64,000 bases of DNA, taken from Candidatus Latescibacterota bacterium (GTDB lineage: Bacteria > Latescibacterota > UBA2968). The notes beneath the pieces are model-generated. The model was not told where the DNA came from and ran no database searches. It saw nothing but the letters and a program-made list of their open reading frames with translations. Shown here piece by piece: positions 51,757 through 63,083 of this stretch. Location: contig OZ240241.1 in assembly GCA_965198115.1 (NCBI GenBank), positions 5,088,001 through 5,152,000 of the forward strand, given 5' to 3'. Position numbers and translations under genes: made by a program. Position 1 is the stretch's first letter. The number at the start of each line of letters is the position of its first letter.

Positions 51757-52027
51757 TCAAAAAGACTTGGGATGCTTCCGAGCTCGACGGGACCGGTGGC
51801 GGTCTCGTATGAAGCGGCCTGGTCGAATGGGAAGGGATGTCCACCGAGGGCGGGGAAAGGATCTGGTGCGGCCACCGCGGGGTGATGGCGATTCAGGTCG
51901 TCCGGGTCGCCGTCCCCCACCACCTCCCCGACCGCCCCGTCCGAACAGATAGACGAGCAGAGCGATGAAGTTCATCAGGAGAAGGGACCACAAGGTCGAA
52001 TTGAGGAAGTGGGAAAGCAGGTGTCAT
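51757..52027 (-). CDS. Possible small membrane protein with Gly/Arg-rich tail
   Basis: HFLNSTLWSLLLMNFIALLVYLFGRGGRGGGGGRRPGRPESP...; start is either TTG 51993 or ATG 52027 with a frameshift. Confidence 0.4.
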
Positions 52028-52261
52028 CTCTTCGGCGGAAATTTCCGCTCTAGGCAGTGAAGTGGTGCGTTCTGGCCAGAAGACGCGATCACGATTACTT
52101 CTCGTGGAATCTCTACTATTTTCGTGCCAAACAGCAGAGACGGCTGATCCATATCCATGAATCAGCCATCTTCTGACCGCAGTGAACGGGGAGGCCCGCG
52201 CATCTTTTCGCCCTCCCCAACCACGACATAGATTCAGATGAGATACATCAGCGGAACCCTC

Positions 52262-52659
52262 TCAGGTTCGATTTTCCTCAGATTCCTCTACCAATCGCAA
52301 CTCCGTGGTGTCAGCCCCCAAGCTCCTTAGGGCTTCCTCCACGTGTTTATGGATAGCATAGTCGGCCTTCTCTTCACCGAGTTGTTTCAAGAGATCATCC
52401 GAACCACCACAGACAAGTAGAACGCCCGAATTTCCTCGAAGCTTGTCTGATACCTGCACAAGGAGGCCGGTCAGAAGGTTGCTGTGCGCTTCGAGCTTTT
52501 GCATGTCCACAACGATTCGGATCATACCACTCTCAAGAATGCCGCGTAAGCGGCGAGGATGAATGCGGCCGCCGAAACCTTCGTCGCGGTACCCTTGAGG
52601 TGAAGCACCACTGCATCTCCACAACGGCTTTCTGAAATTTCCAGATCGGGATGATCCAT
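52262..52659 (-). CDS. STAS-domain (anti-sigma-factor antagonist-like) protein, frameshifted
   Basis: LEISESRCGDAVVLHLKG, then G...IVVDM..L..SN..G.LV...KLR...G.L..C and IH..VEEAL. Confidence 0.7.
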
Positions 52660-52666
52660 AGAGCGC

Positions 52667-55600
52667 CTATGGCCTGTCGGATTGATTGTCAAGTCGCAAT
52701 TCGGCTTCCACGAGTGCATTCATCACAGATGGTGTCTCAGCACCTTGTCCCAAGGCGTCAACTGCCCGTCGTACATAGACGAGATCATCTGGATACAAAG
52801 ATAACGCATCAACAATGCTTTCAATGACTTCGACCGTTGCGGCAGGTTTGCCAACCTTGGTGACGACATCCAGCGCCCTGTGCCTGGTTACCCCGTCTCC
52901 ATCTCGAACCAACGGGGCGACCTTCGCAAGCAATTCAGGTCTGTCGGAAACCGTGGCCGAAACAAGCGCCGTAAAAGGATCCGCCATCTCACCTGAGGGA
53001 ATCCAGGCGCCGGCCACGATGGCATCGAAGAGATCATCTGTAACAACGTGGACACCAATCTGAAGAATGGTCGTCATGGCTGTGTCAGCATTGCTGCACG
53101 CAGATCGAAAGGCTTTCCTGGACTTCTCATCCAAGTCGCCCTCTTCCATTCTTGTGTCTAATTCTTGAGGATATCTCAAAACGTAGATCAGACCCTCCGC
53201 CACTTCCTCCGTGACGGCTTCAGTTCCCGTTTCCCGGAGAGCCCTCATTGCAAAGAACCTCAGTTCATCGAAGTCGCCCATCAAAAGGTTCGGTAACTGG
53301 CCGATCGCTCGACGCTTGACGTCCTGATCGTGAGATTTTAAAAGGCTCTATCCGGGTTTCTCAACGGTGAAACTATAGAATGACAAGGTCATAGATCGTT
53401 CCCTACGCTTGGTTGTGTGTGTAGGACAATCAAAGCGAAGGGGGTGCGACCTATGACCGGGAGCAGATTACTATCGAAACTGCTGAGATTCAAGGGGTTC
53501 CGTGTTGTCAGCTGGTGGTTTGAGGGGAGAAGCTGCTTCGTCATCGCCGTAAAGCCACATAAGAATGGTTGTTGTTGTCCGGAGTGCGGCCGTCGAGGTA
53601 AAATCGTCCGCACAATGCCCCATCCGCGTCGGTGGCGTGACATTCCGGTGTGCGGGTGGAGGGTCTGGCTTCTCTACCATCCTCGGGAGATTCGGTGTCC
53701 TACCCACGGTCGTGTGGTCGAGGAGATTCCGTGGGCGGAGCGGTTCTCTCGGGTGACGTATCGCTTCGAGTATGCCATGCTGCGCTACTGCCAGACCATG
53801 ACGCAGAAGGCGGCGTCCGAGTTACTGCGCATCTCTGCCTCGACGCTGTCGGATCTCCTTCACCGATCCATCACGCGGCTTCGTGAAGGTCATCGTATCC
53901 GAGGGCTCAAAACCATCGGGATCGACGAGATCTCCTACGCCAAGCGTCACAGGTACGCCACGCTCGTTTACGATCTGGACCGCTCCTGCGTGGTGTGGGT
54001 TGGCCGCGGCAGGGCGCGTAAAACGATCGATCGGTTCTTCACAGAGGCTCTCAGTCCCTACCGGAGATCCAAGATCGAGTGGGCCTGCTGCGACATAAGC
54101 GAAGCTTACATCGGAGCCATCCAGGAACACTGTCCGAATGCCAAGCTGGTCCTCGATCGCTTTCACATCGTCAAGGCTCTCAATGCCGCCGTTGACGAGG
54201 TCCGTAAGGACCAGTGGCGTAAAGCTGCCCCGGATGAGCGCAAAGCCATGAAGGGCCTCCGATGGCTCCTCTACCGGCACTCAGCGACACGCTCCAGAGG
54301 GGATACTCGGACACTCAAAGCACTGGAGAAGGCGAACTACCGAATCTATAGAGCCTGGAGACTCAAGGACGAGTTCGAGCAGTTCTGGGAATACAAAGCG
54401 CCCTGGGCTGCCGAACGCTTCCTGAAATGCTGGACGACGTCCGCACTCAGAAGTCGACTTGAACCCCTGCGAAAGTTCGTCAGGACCCTGCGACAGCACT
54501 TCTTCGGCGTCCTCGCATTCGTGAACACGCGTCTTACCAACGCCATCGCCGAAGGCCTCAACCGAATCGTCCAAATCGTCAAGAACCGAGCCAGCGGATT
54601 CCGCACACTCGACGCATTCAACGATATGATCTTCCTTACCGTCGGAGACATAAACATCCCTGAGCAGATTCCGAAGAGGTTCCGCACACTCTAACCGCGC
54701 CCCCATGCCAGGAACCACGGCACCTTCACCCACTTCATCTCGTTGAGAGATCCGGATATAGCCTTTAAAAAGGCACTTGAGCAGCAACCATGCTTCCGAA
54801 TCCGCCTCTAACCTCATTCGTACACCAGGGCCCTCCCCCTCTTTCAGATTCCCCGATGCCGGATCTTGTATATCTTCCAGCAAACTGAAGAGCAGTTCGA
54901 CGATCCGACGATCGAGAGCAGCATCTCCGAGGGCAGCAACCAAATTGAGGCCGAGCAATCTCCTCCGTGAGTCGCCCGTCAGCAACTCACCCAGCCCCGC
55001 GAGTACTTCCTGCGTCACAGCTGCCGAGCCCCACTTCTTCAAAACAAACGCAGCAGATGAACTTCGATTGATGTCTTCGTGGGAAAGGAGGTCTGCCAAC
55101 GTATTCAGAGTCGCCAACGACGGATTGGGCCCGGGCAACTCGACGAGTAGAGAGACGGCTCGTCGGCGCACTTCGGTATCCCCGCCTCGCAGCAGGTTTA
55201 CACTTCGTGCCAGAATCTCGTCGCTTATTTCAGCCTGGAAGAGTTCCTTGATCGCTTCCGCGGCCTCCAACGCGACCATATCATCTTCTCCCCGCAAGCA
55301 ATCGAAGAGCACTAGTAGGGAAAGACTGGATACAGCTTGCCCGAACGCCTTCCAAACACCAATGGCTCCTTCCTTTATTTCCAGGCTCGCATCGCTAGCC
55401 AACAGACCGGATAGAACTTCCAGGACCTCGCCTGTAGCTGCACGTTCCCCCCACGCTTTAAGCGTGCGAAGCAAAATCCATGTGATCTCAGATGATTCCG
55501 TAGCTGCCGTGTCGCCGGACGTTCCAACTACCCGACTCTCTTCCCGCATCAGGAAGACTACCGCATCCAGGATCTCCTTGGTAGCCGCGCCGGGCCCGAG

Positions 55601-56461
55601 ACTCTCGAGTTGGCCGGCCGCCATGCATCTCAGATCAGAGTCCCCGAGACAGGTCTCAATCCCTTTCAGGATGTCCTGAGTCACGGCATCTTCCCCAAGG
55701 AGGTCGATTTCAAACAGTGCGGAGGCTCTTGCATCGATGTCCTCGCACACCAGAAGATCACTGACACAGGCCAGAACCTCCGGTGTCCGTTGCCCAAACT
55801 TCGCAAGAGCCGAAACTGCCCCGCAACGTACTATCGGCGTCGAATCTTCCAATAGACCCCACAAACCATCCAGCAGATCCTCGTCGTCAGATCGAAACTC
55901 CTTCGCAGCGAAAACCGCCTCACGTCGAACGGCTTCATTCTCGTCCCTAAAGCAAAGCGTCACTAAATTCGAAAGCTCATTCCACCCCGCACCCATCCGC
56001 GCGATCAGCTTCAGTCCAGCCACTCGTGATTCGGTTGACGTCGAAAACAACTCCTGAAGACGCTCTATTACCGATTTCCGATGATCGGGACCCACGGCAC
56101 TCAAGACAGCACCAATCTTATTTCTGACATCGGTGTCCTCAGTATCGAGTAGGGCCACCAGGGCCAGGATGAGTTCGGGGTCTTCGATTCCACCAGCCCA
56201 GTCCTCAAGCAGTTTCAGGGAACCTACTTGGACCGCAGGTCTTGGATCCCTCAGCCACTTCGCTAAATCACTGGCGCTTTCGGCAGAGAGCGATGCCCCC
56301 GATCGTCCAACTGACTCGGCCACGCCGGCCATTTCTACGCCTATCTCGGGCGGCAGATCCGGATCCGCTGAGGAAGGAGTGCGTTCTGGCACTTCAACAC
56401 CGGCCTCCTCTTGCATCATGCGAAGCATTTCGGCCTCGACGTCGTAATCTTCAGCGTCCAT
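52667..56461 (-). pseudogene. Large HEAT-repeat protein interrupted by ISL3 copy D
   Basis: Repeated L.D....VR..A..AL units; CLFK|SHDQDVKRRA rejoins in frame across the IS. Confidence 0.85.
53344..54763 (+). mobile_element. ISL3-family element, copy D (intact 425-aa transposase)
   Basis: Same IRs; flanks TTTTAAAA / TTTAAAAA (near-perfect 8-bp duplication). Confidence 0.97.
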
Positions 56462-56757
56462 CAACCACCTCACAAGTGTTGGGAGTACCAGAGCTAAGCT
56501 GCGACACAAGACCACAGACAATTCAGATGCCGTTGAACGACTGCACCCACAGACCAAACCATCCTCAAGGGTGATAGAGCGCCTGAAGTTTATCTCTACG
56601 TTATGTGGATGATCGGACGCCGTCGGTCAATCGGGAGGGCTCCGAGAGCCGTTCAGGTCCGTTGGTCATTGAGATCCGATCTAAAACGATGAGATAGAGA
56701 CGTGTGCCCACGCTCGGAAGTTTGATAAATACCAGACAGTTACAACTGCATTTCAGA

Positions 56758-57936
56758 TCAACCGTAAACCGGATTGGCAGCAAGGTTGGCCTGATCACAC
56801 GGCCAGGGGCTGTCTGCCATAGATCTAAGATTCGTCTCGATCATCAGCAGTCGATTGCCCACTGTCATTGCCAGACGCCCCTCAGTGGGCAAGAGAACAC
56901 GGCCGCCAAACGCGTCCGTCAGGGATGGGTCCGAGAAGACGACCTCAACATCGCCATCTTCGTAGACCAGAACCAGCCGACCGTTGTGCCAGATAGCCAC
57001 CGTACCTTCAACGTCGACCACTGGATGGGCAGCACCCCTCGGAATCATTGGCCCAGACGTTGTCCCGCCCTGAGGATCCAGCGTTACCAATCGGTAGGGA
57101 TCAGACCTGTTGCTCGATTCGAGGAGTCGAACGTCACCCGAAGGAGAGACGACGGCCTTGCCCGCGCTTTTCCAATGCTCTCGAACCGTACCATCTGGAC
57201 CATACAGCCACGTGTCGAACGCCCCGTAGCCATGTGCACCGATCAGAAATTCCCTCGAGCCGACGATCTGTATCTGGCCCTGGGGATGAGGATCAGTAAC
57301 CCAACGGACGACCCCGTCACTTCGAGCCAGACAGAAGGAGCGTCCTAGGCCTGTCGAATCGCGGCAGCTGGCCAGGAGCAGATCCCCCGACAGCAACAGA
57401 GCGCTGTGGTGGGCACCCAACCAGGACTCCGGCCGCCACGGTTCGACTTCCCGAATCACGCCGCCCTGCGTAAAGTCGATCTTTTTGATGTATCCCGATA
57501 GTATGCCGGCTTCAAGGTTCGAAGACCACACTTCCTGACCGGAAGGCTGCAGGCTAACCACACGGGCATCGGCGGTCTCTGCGATCTCCGCCCTTGCGAC
57601 CATCACGAAGACCGTGTCATCCACCCAAAGGAAACTCTGGATGCGTTCATCGATGTCACAGGTCACTCTAATGTTGTCCAGTCTGCGACCATTTTCGTCG
57701 AAACCAAGAAGGTTCGATCCGACAGATACCCAACATATCCCATTCCCGTCGAGCCTGAGATCGCCCACATCCCGACCGTCGAGACGGACACGATTCACTG
57801 GATGACCCACCAGATCATATATCTCGATGTCAGAGGCGAACGTGAGCACATATGCCCGATTCTCACCGATCACCAGGCACTTGTATGAATCACTAGTTTC
57901 CTGAGACCATAGGAGAGGTCTCTCATCAACAGCCAT
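56758..57936 (-). CDS. Hypothetical beta-propeller (PQQ-like) protein
   Basis: SGQEVW, DGVVRW, DGTVREHW repeats; C-terminal SPWP....N..ANP; GGAGG RBS. Confidence 0.65.
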   Translation of the reverse strand: MAVDERPLLWSQETSDSYKCLVIGENRAYVLTFASDIEIYDLVGHPVNRVRLDGRDVGDLRLDGNGICWVSVGSNLLGFDENGRRLDNIRVTCDIDERIQSFLWVDDTVFVMVARAEIAETADARVVSLQPSGQEVWSSNLEAGILSGYIKKIDFTQGGVIREVEPWRPESWLGAHHSALLLSGDLLLASCRDSTGLGRSFCLARSDGVVRWVTDPHPQGQIQIVGSREFLIGAHGYGAFDTWLYGPDGTVREHWKSAGKAVVSPSGDVRLLESSNRSDPYRLVTLDPQGGTTSGPMIPRGAAHPVVDVEGTVAIWHNGRLVLVYEDGDVEVVFSDPSLTDAFGGRVLLPTEGRLAMTVGNRLLMIETNLRSMADSPWPCDQANLAANPVYG

Positions 57937-58258
57937 ACATCCTCCAGCTCAAGCCAGGACATCCCCAGATCATATCTCACCTTTGACACCGACGCTTCCT
58001 CCGCTGTCACTTCGCGACTTTCTTCGTTTGACAGGTAACATCCGCGATCGCCACGATCTCCGCATCGGCGGACCGTGTCGAAATGACAAGACGCTTGATC
58101 GAGGACCGGTGCGGAGTCCTGTCCCAATCGCGTCAGAAAAGTTTGGCGGCCGAGCCCGGATTCGGATTCAGCCGCCTGAACGCTTCCTCGTGCTCGGCGG
58201 TTCCTGGCCCCCTCGACTAAGCTCGGGGCAGGCTCCGACCGGTCCCACCGGTATTCAG

Positions 58259-59152
58259 TTACCCGTCTTCGTAGGCCAAGGCGCAGCTTGCTGGTGTCCC
58301 ATCCGCCTCTGCAAACACCTTCCCGAATTCCTCTTTCGATACCGCCTTCGTGGACACACCACGATACTGGAACTGAAGAGCGCGACGACGACCGGCTGTC
58401 CGATTGGGTGGCGTTTGGTGCGGAAGCATCGCCGAAAAATAGATCACGCCCCCCGCCCCCATTTCTACGGGAACCGCCCGATCCTTCTCGATACGGTCGC
58501 CAAGGATCTCGCAGTCAATTGTATGATGGTGTTTCAGCGCGCCGAGCTTGTGCCCTCCTGGAAGCACGTGCATGCATCCGTTCTCGATCGTCGTATCGTC
58601 CAACGCGATCCAGGCCGTCGCGACTTTCTCCAGCGGAAGCCAGTTGAAATAGGCGTTGTCCTGATGCCATGGTTTCTCCGATCCGATGAACGGCGGTTTG
58701 GAGAGCGCCATCTCGGCCTTGAGGATGGCCTCCTCGCGCAGGATCTGCTCGATAAATCCCTTGATCCTCGGATGTTGCGTCAACGCAACAAAAGTCGAGT
58801 GCTCTTGATGGTAGCCGTGCAGTTTCCGAAAGTGCAGTTCCGCCTCTTCGATCGGTATCGACAGAAGATCGACACCCTCCTCGAAGTGGATTCCGAACCC
58901 GGAGTCCGGTCTGCGAATCTGAATGCCGGCGTAATTCTTCGTTGCATTCGGGTTCTTGCGCACGTCCGCTTCGCCCCTATGTGCCATCTCCATGAGCCTA
59001 CACGTGATCTCCGACAGCGCATCTCTTGCAGCCTGCACTTCCGATTCGGACAGCACGTTCTCGAACGCAACGTAACCGAACGCTTCGAAGTTTGCCCGAT
59101 GGGAATCGGCCAGCTGGTCTGGGCAGGATTCAGCAATCACTTCGGATGACAT
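58259..59152 (-). CDS. PhyH-family dioxygenase
   Basis: KPP..GSEKPWHQD, WIALDD.TIENGC..VLPG.H, H.TPPN....RR. Confidence 0.93.
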   Translation of the reverse strand: MSSEVIAESCPDQLADSHRANFEAFGYVAFENVLSESEVQAARDALSEITCRLMEMAHRGEADVRKNPNATKNYAGIQIRRPDSGFGIHFEEGVDLLSIPIEEAELHFRKLHGYHQEHSTFVALTQHPRIKGFIEQILREEAILKAEMALSKPPFIGSEKPWHQDNAYFNWLPLEKVATAWIALDDTTIENGCMHVLPGGHKLGALKHHHTIDCEILGDRIEKDRAVPVEMGAGGVIYFSAMLPHQTPPNRTAGRRRALQFQYRGVSTKAVSKEEFGKVFAEADGTPASCALAYEDG

Positions 59153-59296
59153 TCTGGTACTCCTGTGAAGACCCACAGTACCTGCAAGCCACGGACGGCA
59201 CGAGCACACCGGACCTCGACCCCTCGTCTACGCTCAGGACAGGCTCCCACGGAGTCTGACGGGTAAAACCGCGTCGAAATACTCGATTCTCGACGC

Positions 59297-60117
59297 TCAG
59301 TTCAAAGGTGCACGTTCGATGCCCAGCAGTTGGCGGCACCAATCACCTCGCTCTCGATTCAGTCGATTTCGGAATTCGCCACGGGGAATACACATATCGT
59401 ATTGCTTCATCCCGAAGTGGACATAGTTGAACAGAAGCATCCGCCGCGCCTTCGTATCCGTATTGTCGAGCGCCGTATGCCAAAGGCGACCGTTCCATAT
59501 CACGGCCGAGCCCGCCTTGCCTGTCATCTTCACGTGGTCAGGCATTTCATCCAGTTTTTCGAGCGTCGGCGGATTCTCTTCCCACCTGTGTGAACCAGGT
59601 ACGACGCTGAACGGGCCGGTCGCCTCATCCACATCATCCAGAAGATAAAAGATCTTGATCTTGAAATGAGGTGTGTGGCAGGCCTGGTTTGATTCCCACC
59701 GCGATCGGTCCTCTGGCGAGAAAGCGCCGACGTCGTGATTCCACTTCTGAGCATCCCGATGCCACTTCGTGTGGGCGTCCGTCTTCGGAATCTTCACGTG
59801 GTATGCGTTGTCGATCATCATCACATCGGGGCCCTGCATCCGCTCGGCGAAACGCGTAGCCACCGGATGTTCGAGGATGTCGACAAACACGTCGTCGTGG
59901 GAAATGATGGGCTCGACCACGTGCGCCGTCGGTCCGTTTCCGTAGTAGCGGATGCGATCCGGATCGTCTTGACCTCGAGCCAGTCTTCGCGCGTAGCCTC
60001 CTCAGCGGAGTCCGCGGCCATTTGGGCTCGCACCAGAACGTCGGTGTCGAGAATGTCCTCGACGAAGAGGTAGCCCTGCTCGTCGAACTGCCTGTAGTGG
60101 TCTTCGGTGATCATCAA
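59297..60117 (-). CDS. PhyH-family dioxygenase split by a one-base frameshift (~59969)
   Basis: FDEQGYL in the first frame; WHRD, GPFSVVPGSH, GSAVIWNGRLWH..N..R in the second. Confidence 0.88.
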
Positions 60118-60132
60118 AGGGTCAGGACGGGT

Positions 60133-60987
60133 TCAAGTGCCAATCGTCTCGAACACGGGCGCTGCGAAAACATCTTCGAACTCCCCGCCCGTCTTCATTC
60201 GCTGGTATTCCCATTCGTAGGGAGACTCGACAAGACGTTTGGGGCCGTTTCGAACATCGTGACCCATGTCAGCGACCCTCGGATAATGGCTGTAGATCAT
60301 GATCCGTCTCGGCCGGCCCGACACATTCGGTCGCGAGTTGTGAATCAGCAGCGAGTGGAAGAACATCACCGATCCTGCGGGAGCGAGCACATCGATGCCA
60401 CCCTCCGGGTCGATGTGACCTGGCAGGACCTCGAGTCCGAGATCATTTCGCTCGTGCGGTAAATCCTCGCGATGCGACCCGGGCCAGATGTGGAGGGGGC
60501 CCGTGTCCGGTCTGCAGTCATCGAACACGATGGCGGACGACACGATCGTCTGAGGATAATCCTGGGATTTGTAGTAGGCCCAGTCGCTGTGAATTGGAAA
60601 CCGATCGTCCTCCCTGTCGCCGCACTCGAGACCATCGACATCCGTCGCCAGCGGTTGCTTGTAATTCAGCTTTTCCTCCATTAGGACGGGCTCGTCACGC
60701 ATGATCGAACGGAGCGGGGCAATCAAACGCTCGTCTGAAGAGATCTCCGCCAGGTAGAGCGACAGATCGTTGATCGGCTGGATTTTCCTGACCAGGTAGC
60801 CCGATCCGGACACATCCACAATGTCGAGCCGCCCACTCTTTCTGGCGTTGGCGATCGACGAATTGATGATCAGCTCGAGAACTGCATCGGCTTCGCGCCG
60901 CATCCTTTCCGTTTCGTCTTCGTCGAACGCGCGCTCCCAGATTGCATATCCATCCTTCTCGAATTGATGAACCAGCTGCTCAACCAT
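60133..60987 (-). CDS. PhyH-family dioxygenase
   Basis: FEKDGY, KLNYK, HSD, GPLHIWPGSH, GSVMFFH..LIH.S.PN..R. Confidence 0.93.
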   Translation of the reverse strand: MVEQLVHQFEKDGYAIWERAFDEDETERMRREADAVLELIINSSIANARKSGRLDIVDVSGSGYLVRKIQPINDLSLYLAEISSDERLIAPLRSIMRDEPVLMEEKLNYKQPLATDVDGLECGDREDDRFPIHSDWAYYKSQDYPQTIVSSAIVFDDCRPDTGPLHIWPGSHREDLPHERNDLGLEVLPGHIDPEGGIDVLAPAGSVMFFHSLLIHNSRPNVSGRPRRIMIYSHYPRVADMGHDVRNGPKRLVESPYEWEYQRMKTGGEFEDVFAAPVFETIGT

Positions 60988-61200
60988 GAATCCTCCATCG
61001 GTCAGGTCATCGAAACGTCAACGCACTTCACCACAAATGTAAGCAATCACCCGAACAGACGATGTTTCCCCGTTCGACGGGGTGCCGCAGCCTGCGTCAG
61101 AACTCACAGCGTTCCCGCATTCGTCCACGCGGCTTCTAAATTCGCACGAACCTATCGGGCGAAAGCGCCGTCCAATGTTCTATCTGAAATGTTCAATGTT

Positions 61201-62409
61201 CTATGTCAAATGTCGATCGGCAAAGTCCATCCATCTTTCCCAATCGTAGACCGTCACATCGTGTCCACCGGCTCGAATGTGATAGCCGATGCGACTCATC
61301 ACCGGTTCGTGGATGCCGGGCATCGTTTCGGCGTCCAGCCCATCGGTCCCGAGCAAGCGGTACACGGGGTCCGCGAACCGGGCGGCCAGAAACTCGCCCT
61401 TCGGATCCGCCCATCCATCATCCTCGGCACTCGTCACGTAGACAGGGCGTGGGGCGGCCAGGGCGATCAGCATGTGCTGGTCGACCGGCAGGGCATCCTC
61501 ATTCTCGTTGTACTGACGGAAATTGTCGCAGAACCAATGGGGGAACGAATCGTTGATGCGACCGACCGTCTCGCCGAACCGGCGCCGGGAAAGGGCAGCG
61601 CCCCCACATCCAGAATCGTTCGAAATCACGATCGCAAAACGCTCATCCCGTGCGCCCGCCCAGAGCGCCGTCTTCCCCAATCGCGAATGCCCCATCACGG
61701 CAACGCGCGAGGCATCGATATCATCATCCGTCTCGAAGTAGTCGAGCGCGCGACTCAGGCCCCAGGCCCACGCCCCGATTGCCCCCCACTCATCCGCCTC
61801 AGGCTTCGTCTGCTCCTCATGATAAAACAGGGGATGGACTCCATTCTGGTAGCCATCGTCGTGATCCGGATCCAGATCACCGCAGTAGACCGTGGCAACC
61901 CCGTATCCTCGTGCGACGATCGACTCGACCGCCCAGCGACCCGATGACGTTCCACGCGCAGTTTCCGTCGAGCGATGATCGACGACCCCATCCCCCTTCT
62001 CGCGCATCCACTCGTCCGACATGACGATCTCGGGATCGTTCTGAACGGTATGATTCCCCTGAAAGTTCAGACCTACAAACATCGGACAGGTCGTCTCTCG
62101 ATCGACCGGTAGATACATCAGGAGATCCATGTAGGGACGGGCATCGTCCGACGTGAAATGCACGCGGACCTGTCGGCGCAGACAGCGTCCTCCGGCTGTT
62201 TTCCCTTCTTCGAGAACGGTATATCGCGCATCGATGGCACCGTTCGGGGTCCGTCCGTAAACGTGTGTTTCGAACAGAGTTAAAATCTCTCTCCGGCGCC
62301 CTTCCCACGCTTCGGCTCCTTCCACCGTGCTTACATCGTCCGACACGAGGGGATCCGGTAATGTGTAATCGGGCACATTGGCTTCGTCGTAGTTGGCCTC
62401 AAACGCCAT
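61201..62409 (-). CDS. CE15 glucuronoyl-esterase-like alpha/beta hydrolase
   Basis: [57 protein letters not shown]. Confidence 0.92.
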   Translation of the reverse strand: MAFEANYDEANVPDYTLPDPLVSDDVSTVEGAEAWEGRRREILTLFETHVYGRTPNGAIDARYTVLEEGKTAGGRCLRRQVRVHFTSDDARPYMDLLMYLPVDRETTCPMFVGLNFQGNHTVQNDPEIVMSDEWMREKGDGVVDHRSTETARGTSSGRWAVESIVARGYGVATVYCGDLDPDHDDGYQNGVHPLFYHEEQTKPEADEWGAIGAWAWGLSRALDYFETDDDIDASRVAVMGHSRLGKTALWAGARDERFAIVISNDSGCGGAALSRRRFGETVGRINDSFPHWFCDNFRQYNENEDALPVDQHMLIALAAPRPVYVTSAEDDGWADPKGEFLAARFADPVYRLLGTDGLDAETMPGIHEPVMSRIGYHIRAGGHDVTVYDWERWMDFADRHLT

Positions 62410-62413
62410 TCCG

Positions 62414-63079
62414 TCAATCCTCTAAACCGATCGCCCACCGGATGCAGCCCGTGATGTGATCCAGGAACCAGTCCTGATGCCACAGAACATCGGGATGGCC
62501 GAGTGCAGTATACATCACCCGCCCCTTCCCATACGCGTGGCACCACCCCATCGCATAGTCGTGATCTTCCCGATTCCCCTTTGCCAGATCGACGGTGTCG
62601 TTGTCGATTCGCATCAACACCCGTGTCTTGTCGCGATCCCAGTTCTTGAACGTGTAGATCTCGTCCACGACCGTGAATCGATCGCCCAGCATCCGTGTGG
62701 CCGGATGATCGCCGTCCTCCACGATGACCCCCACTTCCTGGTGCCACGGATGACCGCTGAACCACCCCCCGAGCATCTCTGCGTACTCCGGCCAATCATA
62801 GCACGTATCCGTGGCGTTGTGGACACCCAGAAACCCTTTGCCGTTCCTCACGAACGACAGAACCGACTCCCTCTGCTCATCCGTAAAAGCCAGGTTGCCC
62901 GTCGTCGCAAAGATTAGCAGATCCAGGTCCCCAAGCGCCTCGGGCGTCACCTTGTCAAGCCTGTGCGTCGTTCGTATTTCCCAGTCGTGCTTCTGAGCCA
63001 AGCCCTTGAACGCGACCTCCGCATCGGGCAAATACGAGTGCTCGAAGCCGGCCGAATGACGCAGCATCAATGCTTTCAT
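62414..63079 (-). CDS. ThuA-like (GATase-fold) domain protein
   Basis: [38 protein letters not shown]. Confidence 0.9.
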   Translation of the reverse strand: MKALMLRHSAGFEHSYLPDAEVAFKGLAQKHDWEIRTTHRLDKVTPEALGDLDLLIFATTGNLAFTDEQRESVLSFVRNGKGFLGVHNATDTCYDWPEYAEMLGGWFSGHPWHQEVGVIVEDGDHPATRMLGDRFTVVDEIYTFKNWDRDKTRVLMRIDNDTVDLAKGNREDHDYAMGWCHAYGKGRVMYTALGHPDVLWHQDWFLDHITGCIRWAIGLED

Positions 63080-63083
63080 CGAT

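Noticed and set aside
52112-52130. Minus-strand TTGGCACG as a sigma54 promoter
   Set aside because: The -12 position reads GT rather than GC; insufficient support
54281-56557. 758-aa ORF as a single natural protein
   Set aside because: Its last ~160 aa are antisense read-through into ISL3; the real C-terminus is at 52667-53343
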